Below are positions 38,801 through 47,243 of a stretch of DNA of 64,000 nt, piece by piece. The first letter of the stretch is position 1. Each line of letters begins with the position of its first letter. The stretch is from assembly GCA_039818205.1 (NCBI GenBank), contig JBCBUK010000015.1, forward strand, positions 1 through 64,000, given 5' to 3'. The notes below the pieces were generated by a model. That model searched no databases. It saw only the letters and a list, made by a program, of their open reading frames with translations, and was not told the DNA's origin. The DNA comes from Verrucomicrobiota bacterium. Its GTDB lineage: Bacteria; Verrucomicrobiota; Verrucomicrobiia; Opitutales; Cerasicoccaceae. Both the position numbers and the translations under genes were made by a program.

Positions 38801-41220
38801 ACTCTGGTTTTACTTCTGGCGCGTCTGCTGATCTGAATGAAATCTCTTTTACCGGTTGGGGCACCGGAGCTGATCTTGTCGACTTTGGGACCTACCAGGA
38901 GATCGTTCCATCGCTCAATGAGTTTTTCATTTGGGATGGCTCCACCGGCAACTCCACGTGGACGACGGTTGCGAACTGGCAGGATGCAGATGGTAACGCG
39001 GTTTCTCGCGACCCGGACCTTGCTGGCGATCGAGTATTATTTAGCGACCTCGATCCGAGCCTGAATGGCGACACCATTCAATTGGATACCGATATTACGC
39101 TTGGAGTCTTGGTGATCGACAACGACGATGCCTTTACCATCTCGTCGGACAATAATGGCGATGAGTTTTTCTTCGACAATAACGGCAGCGATGCATTCCT
39201 GACGGTCCAGGGATCGAGTAGCCCAACGATTGATCGCGAGATCGAAATGCAAGATGATCTGGTGATTACCAACAACTCATCGGGCACCTTGACGATTACC
39301 GATGCGACCAGCGGAGGCTTCGATATTAACACCAGTAATTCTGGTAGCAACGAGCTGACCTTTCGCGGCACTGGGTTCACCTTGATCGAGAGCGATATTA
39401 TTGGCAGCGGTTCGGTTGTTAAAACCGGCAGTGGAACGTTGCGACTGACCGATAACAGCACCGTCACTGGTGGATTCACGATCGAGGAAGGCACCGTTCA
39501 AGCGGCGAATAATCAGGCATTCGGAACCGGCACTATCGACATCGATGGCGGAACCATTGAAGCCTTCGGCAGCAATCGCAACATTAGTGAGGCCTACAAC
39601 ATCAACAATGATTTCACCTTCGGAAATGCAGATGGCAGCGATATACTATTTTCTGGTAACGGTGTTCTGGCCGCTGGCGAACAGACCATCACCGTTGAAA
39701 ATGGAATCACCGCGACCTTAGGTGCGGCCGGCAATCTTACGGGTACGGGTTCGATTGTAAAGGAGGGCGATGGCACGCTCGCTTTCGGCGGTAACGACAA
39801 CAGCTTCTCGGGTGACGTAACGATCAATGACGGAACGGCGGAGGTGTCCTCGGGTGGCACTTCGATCACGCTTGCGGGATCTCAAGGTAGCCAGAACTTC
39901 ATGGGAACGGGCGACGTCACCGTAAACTCAGGCGGAACGCTTTCATTATCTAACACCGTTGATCTGACAATCGCGAGTGGAGGGACGGTGACGAATACGG
40001 GCGGAACGATCACCGCCAATATTGGAAACGGGAACAACGATGACATCGTTTTCGCGGGTAACTTCAATCAAACCGGTGGAAATTCAACGTTTACCGCTTC
40101 GGACAATATCAGACAGACCGGAACAAGTCAGATTTTGGTCTCTGGCGGAGACTTGGCGCTTAACCTGCAAGATGATTTTTCGACCGGCGATGGTGGGTCG
40201 ACCTTCAGTACAACGAATGGAGCGACCTCGTCTGTAACCCTGAATACTGGGGTCGGTTCGAGCCAGTTTACATTGTCTGAGAATGACTTCTTAACGGTCG
40301 ACGGGAGTGGATCGACTCTTACGGTGACTACTGAGGATAACGGTAGTGTGAATCTTGATGGAACGATTCAGCTGTCAAACTCAGGGCAAATGATCGTTGC
40401 GCAGGGGCCTACAACTTTCGGTGCGAACTCGACTTTCGATGGTAGCGATGCATTGACCGCCGGAACACTGGAGGTTCGCGATGATTTAACGTTCACGAGC
40501 GGCATGGATATTGCCAATGCGCCAAATATCACATTGAACATCGCAGGTGGTGATTCTTCGGTGATCACTGCGGCAGCTGCTTCGACAAATATAGAAAACC
40601 TGGGCGTGATAACCAAAACTGGAGATGGTGATACGACGATCGGAAGCAACCTGAACAACTTGCAGGGTAGCAAGATTCTCATCAATGGTGGAACGTTGTT
40701 CAACAGCAGCGACAATCAGATCGAGAACAATACGGCTTTGGAATTTGCGGATAATGGCAGTGGAGTCACGACTCCAACTTGGAATCTCGATGATCGTAGC
40801 GAGGTACTTGGATCGCTCACACTGAGCAACAATTCGACTGTTGAGTTGGACTTTGGAAGTGATGCTGGGGATGGCGGCGTCGTCCAGTTTGCCGATAGCT
40901 CTGGCGCACTTTGGAGTGGTTCGGGTACGCTCAGCATTGATAACTGGAATGGATCCACATCGGGTGGTGGTTTAGATCAACTATTTGCTGGTTCGAGCAG
41001 TAGCGGACTAACCAGTAGCCAACTTTCGCGCATCAAGTTCTTCAACCCAGCGGGATTAACGCCAGGAGTTTATGACGCCAGAATTCTTTCAACAGGCGAG
41101 ATTGTTCCGGTTCAAGCAGTGCCGGAACCTGGTACCTACCTCGCGGGCGCCGGTTTAGTTGGTTTGCTTGTCGTGCTAGAGATTCGACGACGGCAGAGGC
41201 AGCAGTCAATCAGTTCATAG
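35887..41220 (+). CDS. PEP-CTERM surface adhesin with L-type lectin-like domain and autotransporter-passenger beta-strand repeats
   Basis: GWLRL..., ADGITVFL, GGSLGY, VGLDVYGNFSN lectin-like domain; repeated K.G.G.L.L...NT..G...I..GT; VPEPGTY-TM-RRRQR; no barrel domain. Confidence 0.88.
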   Translation: MAVLFGAAVFVGGRAHAQLIYTESFRFESAPGWEFRQDSNGTDPPARLTANAVPNAADPESGTPQIDVNGNGWLRLATTTGNQANAVALDTAIPATDNTIRISFDYSFWKPDTAPADGITVFLWDAGQAFDPGAFGGSLGYANRTGVDGLSGAYVGVGLDVYGNFSNPTEDRNGGVGFRPNEVAIRGAGSGQTGYDYIEGTGDGTNPSLTSVFGSGFSMDFINSPSRPDQDADDYRGFQLELDENDVLTIWLQDGFSGTLTQVLQTTLTDPRPDQLRVGFAGSTGGSVEVYEIRNLEIETTGGTNAFYWDNEDGDQQWGTGTNWDQDVVPTDHSFVVFSDLFPDTMTDQLVEINGGDKTISTATFTGTSSYTLTPESAQTLIFDTDGNGKSYLNVLNSPNGNADHTINADIQASGNDLDIQNLVDQTLTLNGDIDGAGNDLGFESAGLIVANGAISDSSGTTNVTVTGNGETQFAGSNTYSGTTTVGSAGGDSTTLTISNAIALGTTGAATTVLDGSTLALENNITFAAETVNITGSGVDGVGALFNSSGTNTWDGNINLAGDATIGAASGTSLTLDTGTLDGVGNEITFLPESGATITVDQTITDSSGTTNVVFDGAGMTEIGFFQNNTYEGTTTIRSGTVLSGSSVGAFGEEAFGASSSNIELGDGGTDATDNITLSFDTSFFNHIVDRQIDINNSGATTTLGVVGNNTLNYNAAVNLAKDLTVDAVDISGAIGAEIIFDNDGASGELTGTGDITKTGNGIMTLRGGHSRTGDLNINGGTVNVEGNGASALDNSGRVTLADVAGAQLNIIDSEVIGSLAGGGASGGNVAIDVGQTLTAGFDGTDSTFSGTVSGFGNLTKEGAGNLTFDGTNTFTGTLLLDEGTVTAGADNTFNDSMAVDFSGGTLAIDGVTDTVGGFNLSSDSTLDFLGAAGGTVTFGDLDRTAGDLTVDNWIGSLSGGGDTQFRFTGTDSGFTSGASADLNEISFTGWGTGADLVDFGTYQEIVPSLNEFFIWDGSTGNSTWTTVANWQDADGNAVSRDPDLAGDRVLFSDLDPSLNGDTIQLDTDITLGVLVIDNDDAFTISSDNNGDEFFFDNNGSDAFLTVQGSSSPTIDREIEMQDDLVITNNSSGTLTITDATSGGFDINTSNSGSNELTFRGTGFTLIESDIIGSGSVVKTGSGTLRLTDNSTVTGGFTIEEGTVQAANNQAFGTGTIDIDGGTIEAFGSNRNISEAYNINNDFTFGNADGSDILFSGNGVLAAGEQTITVENGITATLGAAGNLTGTGSIVKEGDGTLAFGGNDNSFSGDVTINDGTAEVSSGGTSITLAGSQGSQNFMGTGDVTVNSGGTLSLSNTVDLTIASGGTVTNTGGTITANIGNGNNDDIVFAGNFNQTGGNSTFTASDNIRQTGTSQILVSGGDLALNLQDDFSTGDGGSTFSTTNGATSSVTLNTGVGSSQFTLSENDFLTVDGSGSTLTVTTEDNGSVNLDGTIQLSNSGQMIVAQGPTTFGANSTFDGSDALTAGTLEVRDDLTFTSGMDIANAPNITLNIAGGDSSVITAAAASTNIENLGVITKTGDGDTTIGSNLNNLQGSKILINGGTLFNSSDNQIENNTALEFADNGSGVTTPTWNLDDRSEVLGSLTLSNNSTVELDFGSDAGDGGVVQFADSSGALWSGSGTLSIDNWNGSTSGGGLDQLFAGSSSSGLTSSQLSRIKFFNPAGLTPGVYDARILSTGEIVPVQAVPEPGTYLAGAGLVGLLVVLEIRRRQRQQSISS

Positions 41221-41386
41221 CTTAAGATCTCTTGCAAAAGTGCGTTTGACATCCGGCCGTCGCTAGAGTGGCCCGCTATTCTGTTGTTCAATCTTGGAGC
41301 TCTCAAATTGTCTAGTCGCTGCCGTGGCCATACGAGCTACTCAGCCAAAAATGCTTCGACCTTGGTGAAGTATTTTTGGCGGCTTC

Positions 41387-41551
41387 GGGAAGCATCACAT
41401 CAAGGGCGATGGCATCTTACTCTCAGTATTGGGCGTGGTAGATTCCTTCAGAACCATTCCCAACTGTGTCGGCAAGATAGCTGGATTCAGTGAGAACCTG
41501 CTCCAGGCTGATTCGTACATCTCGACAGCCATCGATTACCAATACTTTCAT
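41387..41551 (-). pseudogene. Decayed response-regulator receiver N-terminus (OmpR-like)
   Basis: MKVLVIDGCRDVRISLEQVLTESSYLADTVGNGSEGIYHAQY*E*DAIALDVMLP: two in-frame stops, similarity ends after DVMLP. Confidence 0.75.
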
Positions 41552-41660
41552 CGAAATCTAAAGTCAGCTTCCTACACTAGCATACCTTAGGTGAATGCCT
41601 TTGAATTGTATTAGGTGACAAGAACTACGATGGACAACGAGTCTTCTTGCAGCCGCATCT

Positions 41661-44600
41661 CTACTGATTTGATGAGCCATCATCGTCGGGTTCTCGATCT
41701 ATGGATCTTTGCTCAGGGTTCTCGATGCCGGTGTGCCGGAAAAGCAGGTGGAACGCTGCGAGTATTTGATCGAGCGTATCGTCTGTTCGTTCGTCTAGGG
41801 ACAGCTTGGGCAAAACAACACTCGGTCGGTCGGCGAGTTTGTCGCCGAGTTTTTCGATGGCATTGGCAAAGAGTTGCGCAGACTCGTTCCCTTGAGCAGT
41901 TGCTTCGGTACCTCGGGTGGCAGATTCGATCGTTCGGGCTAGTTGGTCAAGCACTTCGGACGTCTCTTTGGATAAAGCGATTTCAGGCTTCTCTGCCTGG
42001 TCTGTAGTGAGTATTTTTTTCAGCCCAGCCAATGATTCAGCATCGATTTGGAAGGGTTGTTGCGGGGATGGTTTCGGTATGAGCGTCGCGAGCTTAGTTA
42101 GTGTTTGCTCGTCGATCTGGAGAGGTCGAGCTTCGGGTCTAGGTGGTAGGATTGCCTTAAGTTTTTCGAGGGTCTCGTCGTCGAATGAAACCGGTTGGCG
42201 CATAGCGGCCAGGCGCTCACCCAGTCCTTCGAGGCCAGAGCTCAATGCCATATTGTTATCGGCTAGTTGATTGACGACTTTGTTAACTGGATCGCTCTCT
42301 GATCCACCGAGTATCTTGTTTTTGACGAAGCGTTTCTTGATCTCCTCCCAGCGCTCAATTTCCGGTTCAGTGATTTTACCTTCTAGTTGACGAAATTTTA
42401 ATAGGTTCGCCTCGGCACCATTGGTCAAGGTCTGTGCCTCGTTCTCGTAGTGGTCGTCGATAATGGATTCGACTTCGTCATCGGTCATTATCGGGAGGAG
42501 TTTCTCCGCAATTCGGTTCATGTTCCGGTAAGAGCCCTGCAGTTTAAACGGCGGCTCGGTTCGGAATTCATCGGCTTGTGCTGCGCTTTTGATATACTCG
42601 AGGTTTACGCGTAAAATCGTGTCTCGGACTCGCATCATTTTCTTCATGACACCGACCATTTCTTCGGTCTCTTCAGCGGTATAGCTGCCTTCAAAATCGA
42701 CACCTTCGCGAATGCCGGTCTTTGCTATTTTGATGACTGCATAGACATCTTTTCGGCTTCGATTGGACAGAGGGCGAAGCGCGGCATTTGACGTGAGGGC
42801 ATTCTCCAAATAGCTGTTCTCAAAGGCGCTGTGGTGCCCGCCAACAATGTCGCCAAGGTTGTAGGTATCGGCGCGGTTCGCCAGCATATCGGGGATTTGG
42901 AACTTGCCGCCGGTTTCAGTGTATGGGTTGCCAGCCATCACGACTGCAACTTTGCGACCTTTGAGATCATAAGTTCTCGCTTTTCCTTTGTAGACACCTT
43001 CGATTTTCCGTTGGGCATCGCATAAGGAAATGAACTTCTGGAGTAGCTCGGGATTGCAGTGCTGGATGTCGTCGAGGTAAATCATGACATTGTCACCCAT
43101 CTCGAAGGCTAGGTTTAGCTTCTCAACTTCTTCAGCAGCAGCTTTGTTGGGTGCCTCTTCTGGATCGATACTGGTAACATGGTGACCGATTGCGGGTCCG
43201 TTGATTTTGACGAAAGTTATCCCTAGGCGATTGGCAACATACTCCATGAGGGTCGTTTTACCATACCCGGGTGGGGAGATTAGGAGCAACATCCCCATGC
43301 GGTCGGTGCGGGCATCTTCGCCGGCGGTACCGATCTGTTTGGCGAGATTCTCACCAATGACTGGAAGATATACTTTATCGAGTAGTTGATTTCGAACAAA
43401 GGCACTCATCACTCGAGGCTTCATTTCCTCCAAACGGAGGTCGTCTTTTACTAGGTCGACCAGTTCGGCTTTGCGATCCAGGTAGCGTCGATAGGTTGGG
43501 ACGACCTCGCGCTCATGATGGCGAAGCTTCATGAGAAAGTGGTTGTAGTTGAGGTGCAGCTTCCGGTCTACAATGATTGGGTGATCGCCTCGGAGGCCGT
43601 CGATGTCGACTTCTATGGGCACTTCTACAATATGACGCTTTTCGATTGGTCCACGCAGCAAGTGAGCGGCCGCCTCGTCGATATATTCAAAGTCTCGTTC
43701 GGGTAAGTTCTGGGTCAACGCAAAGCCACGAAGCCAGTCACGTAGGATCTGAAACTCACCTGCGGCATCGTTCTTCATTGCAGCTCGGGCATCTTCAATC
43801 TTCTCGGTATAGCGTTTAGCGACAAGTTCGTGATGGAAGGCTTCCGCTAGCGCAGCGGACTCCCGAGAAATCGCGTAAGACTCTCGGTCGACTAATTCAA
43901 AGAAGAGATACTCGGCCGCGTCCTCCGAAAACTGGTGATCGCAAAGCATATGTTCGGAGCGAAAGGCCTCAATACGGAGTTTAAGTTCTCCGATATAGCC
44001 TTTTTGTGAATGGTGCTCGGGGAACAAGCGAAGCATCTCACCGAACGCGTCGACTTTCGCAGCCAAAAGGTCATCGCTATTCTGCTCAGTACTGAAGTGC
44101 TTCCAGTAGACTAATGCGAGCGCACGAGCGGTCGGATGATAGCGAAGAAGGCCGACCGATGTATGAATATCCAGCAGAGCATTAATGAGCTTTTGCCCGT
44201 CCTCGTCGTGGACACCTTTCATGTAGGCTTCGTCGTATCGAGGCGCCATGAATTTTTGTACCAACTCGATTTGAGCCGATTCTTCCATTGTCTGATAGTC
44301 TTCGGTTGAAATCCTGAGCTCGCTTGATATCTCTGGCAATGGAGTTTCGAAGTGCTTCAGTAGCTGATAGGCGAGAAACTCTCCCCGGTAAACACTGTCG
44401 GTTTCGCTGACAGTGCTCATTTCCCAAACGGGTTTTGTTTCAAGCAGAACTGAATCATCAATGCGCTCGAAGAACTGAGTCCCGGCTAGGTGGAAGTAAA
44501 TATCGTCTTCTCGCTGCACCGTCGTTAATGCCAGTTCTTGAGTGTTGACGCTGAATCGATAGCGCCCAAACCGTATGATATCTTCACCGTCGACGAAGAG

Positions 44601-47144
44601 CTCTTGTTTATCTTTCAGTTGGCGAATCGCGTCGCTCTGAATGGTTTTCAGCTGACCGAGGATATCGTCGCCCTTGAGGTTTTCGCCTATCTGGTTGAGT
44701 TCGCCCGCGAGATCGCGGACCTTTTCAACCATTAGGTCGCTGGCGAAATAGCCATTGATATCGGTTGTCTCTTTAAAGCCTTTCGCTCGATTCTCAATCC
44801 CATGAAGGATCCGTTTTGCGCTGGCAATGAGGCGAGTAGTTTGCCGGTTGCGGGCCTCTTGTAAGGCCATTTTCTTTGTCTCGAAGGCATTGTATAGCTC
44901 GTCTCGTTTCGTTGAGAGCTCATCCAGATACTCGTCAAAATCGGAGTATCGGCTCTCTAGCTCCTCAAGCTGAATCATCAACTTAGAGAGGTAATCGTCA
45001 CACTGCGCTGGCGTGTCGCAGATGTCCAAATAGTTGGCGACCGCCTGATTCAGTAGCTTAAGTTGCGCATTGAACTGAGCTGCTCCTTCCGACTTCATCA
45101 GCTCTTTCCGGCGATTCTTCAGCTCATTTCTAATCTGATTTAGACGGGAGTAGATATTGGAAACTGAATCAATGATGCGAGTTGTCTGAGTGGCGTCTTC
45201 AATTTTGAGATTCCCGACAATTTCGATAAGTAGTTCGAGCTCTGCACCAGCTTCTCCCAGTTTTTCTTCAATCTCATTTGCCTCAGTTACCTTCTCAATG
45301 GATTCAAGAGCTTCTGCCTGTAACTCGACGGCCTCCCGATATGGGTCTAGGGCTTCATCAAGGAGTAAAAATTCCACTGCTTGGTGAGCCACTTGTTCGG
45401 ATAGCCCGCGCACCTGCTCTTCCATCGTTTGGGTAAGTGCTATCTCCGCATAGCGCAAATCGCGCAGGCCAATGATCTCACCCCGTAGCGTTCGAAGGTC
45501 TGCAAGGCTACGCACAAAGCCCATAATATCATCTGGGCGAGTACTACCGATCTCAGTGGTTAGCTGACGGACTCGCTTCGAAACATCTTTTGTTTGCTCT
45601 TTGGTGGCCTTGCGTATTCGTCGCACTTTGTCGAACTCATCGATAGCGCTTTGAGCCGTCTTGTTGATCGACTGTAGCGTGGCGCGGATATTTCCGGCTT
45701 CGTCATTATCGAGCCAGAAGTAGGTGTCGAGAACATCGCTGGTCAATTTCACGAGGTCGATATAGATGCCTGAGTAGGTCTCGTCCTTTTGCAAAAGATT
45801 ATACACTTCATAGCATTCGCTCATTGCGCGAACGACTTCTTTGTTTCCCACTTTGAAAAGATAACTATCTGCCTTGCCGGTGGGAGGCAAACTGTCACTT
45901 GCATAGGGGGTTTGCCAGATCTGCAGCGAATGATGTTTCTGAGCTTCCTGATCTCCTCGAATGTAAACCATCTCACCGTTGTCAAAGATGGTAAAGCCGT
46001 GACAGATAATCGGTGTCGAAACGGTTTGTCGAATCAGGTTGTAACTCATCAAGACGTATTCTCCGCCACCCCGTTCGTAGAACGAGAAAAGGAAGTCTTC
46101 CCCGTTGGGTGCCTTGACCAATCGCTCGAACCACATGTTGCTGTGTTCGCTATCGAATAGCTTGCACTCGCCGTTGTGCAGGTAATAGCCATTGGCAAAA
46201 ATGACTCCCTGGTCTTCGGGGAGCGCGACACAGCTTGTGCCGATGGCATCCGTCCGCTGAACTTCATTTACTTTGCTGTTGAAAATGAAGTAGCGGATAT
46301 CTTTTTCCTGATAGGGCTTGATACGAAGGAGAACTAGGTCGCCCACGACTGCGTAAAAGATGTCCGCATCGTCGAGAGTCTGGTCAACATGATCAACAGG
46401 CTCCGAGTAGATGCCTTCACCACTCTCCGTGTTGTCTTCAACCTTAATGGTCAGGTCGCCGCCAACAGTCTCGACAAAGAGTTTGTCTTCAATTGAAACA
46501 TGGGGGTGTTGGCCGCTCCGTTGCATGTCTCTATGCGCCCGCTTCCACTCGAAGGTATGCTGAGACGGAAATCGATACTCTGGGTCAAATCGATTGCCGA
46601 GATACTCCAAGCCGTCGTCGGTAATCAACCATTTGAAGACTTTTATGTCGCGGACATCTTCGCTGATCCGAAACGCCATGTAGAGCTGCTGGCCAACTAC
46701 AAGGAATTTTACAAAAGTGGTCGACTTGTAATACTTGTATAAGTATGCGAAGTCTTCGCGAAACTCGACGTTGGCTAGCAGGACTAGAGATTCGGAGTGG
46801 AACGATTTGTCTTCGGTTAGGTGAAAAACGGCAAAGACATCGCCGATCTCCATCTGAGACTTTAATCCGAGTTTGACGTTATAGCCAAATAGAAATCGGT
46901 TGCCTGGCAGGGCGAACATGTCTCGCGGCACACAGTTGTGTGCAGTCGTGACTCGATCCGTTGCTACTAACCGATTCTCGATGGCGCCGAATACGACCTG
47001 CCGTTGCGCATCGAGTAGATTCAACCGCTCGAGCAGCTCGGAACCCTGTTGGTCAAGGCGTTGGCGAATAACTTCGTAGGCGCCGCCTTCGAGCCGTTCG
47101 CTCGAGGCCTTTGTCGTATCGTTCTTCGTGGCGGTTTCTGCCAT
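41661..47144 (-). CDS. Large coiled-coil AAA+ ATPase (DUF3686 / so-called DNA repair ATPase family)
   Basis: GGAYEVIRQRL N-terminus; long coiled coil; Walker A ISPPGYGKTT, Walker B IYLDDIQH, MAGNPY; GGAG RBS before ATG 47144. Confidence 0.85.
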   Translation of the reverse strand: MAETATKNDTTKASSERLEGGAYEVIRQRLDQQGSELLERLNLLDAQRQVVFGAIENRLVATDRVTTAHNCVPRDMFALPGNRFLFGYNVKLGLKSQMEIGDVFAVFHLTEDKSFHSESLVLLANVEFREDFAYLYKYYKSTTFVKFLVVGQQLYMAFRISEDVRDIKVFKWLITDDGLEYLGNRFDPEYRFPSQHTFEWKRAHRDMQRSGQHPHVSIEDKLFVETVGGDLTIKVEDNTESGEGIYSEPVDHVDQTLDDADIFYAVVGDLVLLRIKPYQEKDIRYFIFNSKVNEVQRTDAIGTSCVALPEDQGVIFANGYYLHNGECKLFDSEHSNMWFERLVKAPNGEDFLFSFYERGGGEYVLMSYNLIRQTVSTPIICHGFTIFDNGEMVYIRGDQEAQKHHSLQIWQTPYASDSLPPTGKADSYLFKVGNKEVVRAMSECYEVYNLLQKDETYSGIYIDLVKLTSDVLDTYFWLDNDEAGNIRATLQSINKTAQSAIDEFDKVRRIRKATKEQTKDVSKRVRQLTTEIGSTRPDDIMGFVRSLADLRTLRGEIIGLRDLRYAEIALTQTMEEQVRGLSEQVAHQAVEFLLLDEALDPYREAVELQAEALESIEKVTEANEIEEKLGEAGAELELLIEIVGNLKIEDATQTTRIIDSVSNIYSRLNQIRNELKNRRKELMKSEGAAQFNAQLKLLNQAVANYLDICDTPAQCDDYLSKLMIQLEELESRYSDFDEYLDELSTKRDELYNAFETKKMALQEARNRQTTRLIASAKRILHGIENRAKGFKETTDINGYFASDLMVEKVRDLAGELNQIGENLKGDDILGQLKTIQSDAIRQLKDKQELFVDGEDIIRFGRYRFSVNTQELALTTVQREDDIYFHLAGTQFFERIDDSVLLETKPVWEMSTVSETDSVYRGEFLAYQLLKHFETPLPEISSELRISTEDYQTMEESAQIELVQKFMAPRYDEAYMKGVHDEDGQKLINALLDIHTSVGLLRYHPTARALALVYWKHFSTEQNSDDLLAAKVDAFGEMLRLFPEHHSQKGYIGELKLRIEAFRSEHMLCDHQFSEDAAEYLFFELVDRESYAISRESAALAEAFHHELVAKRYTEKIEDARAAMKNDAAGEFQILRDWLRGFALTQNLPERDFEYIDEAAAHLLRGPIEKRHIVEVPIEVDIDGLRGDHPIIVDRKLHLNYNHFLMKLRHHEREVVPTYRRYLDRKAELVDLVKDDLRLEEMKPRVMSAFVRNQLLDKVYLPVIGENLAKQIGTAGEDARTDRMGMLLLISPPGYGKTTLMEYVANRLGITFVKINGPAIGHHVTSIDPEEAPNKAAAEEVEKLNLAFEMGDNVMIYLDDIQHCNPELLQKFISLCDAQRKIEGVYKGKARTYDLKGRKVAVVMAGNPYTETGGKFQIPDMLANRADTYNLGDIVGGHHSAFENSYLENALTSNAALRPLSNRSRKDVYAVIKIAKTGIREGVDFEGSYTAEETEEMVGVMKKMMRVRDTILRVNLEYIKSAAQADEFRTEPPFKLQGSYRNMNRIAEKLLPIMTDDEVESIIDDHYENEAQTLTNGAEANLLKFRQLEGKITEPEIERWEEIKKRFVKNKILGGSESDPVNKVVNQLADNNMALSSGLEGLGERLAAMRQPVSFDDETLEKLKAILPPRPEARPLQIDEQTLTKLATLIPKPSPQQPFQIDAESLAGLKKILTTDQAEKPEIALSKETSEVLDQLARTIESATRGTEATAQGNESAQLFANAIEKLGDKLADRPSVVLPKLSLDERTDDTLDQILAAFHLLFRHTGIENPEQRSIDREPDDDGSSNQ

Positions 47145-47243
47145 AGTTGTTTTGGCTCCCAGCTGGTGGAGATTTACACAGACCTTCGATGACACCGCTG
47201 CCTTCTCGAGAAACGGTGTGTCGATGCCCAGTTGGTTCGGAAA

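Noticed and set aside
38193..38864. 223-aa antisense ORF and similar ones inside the adhesin, Rhs and flotillin genes
   Set aside because: Mirror of biased codon usage on the coding strand
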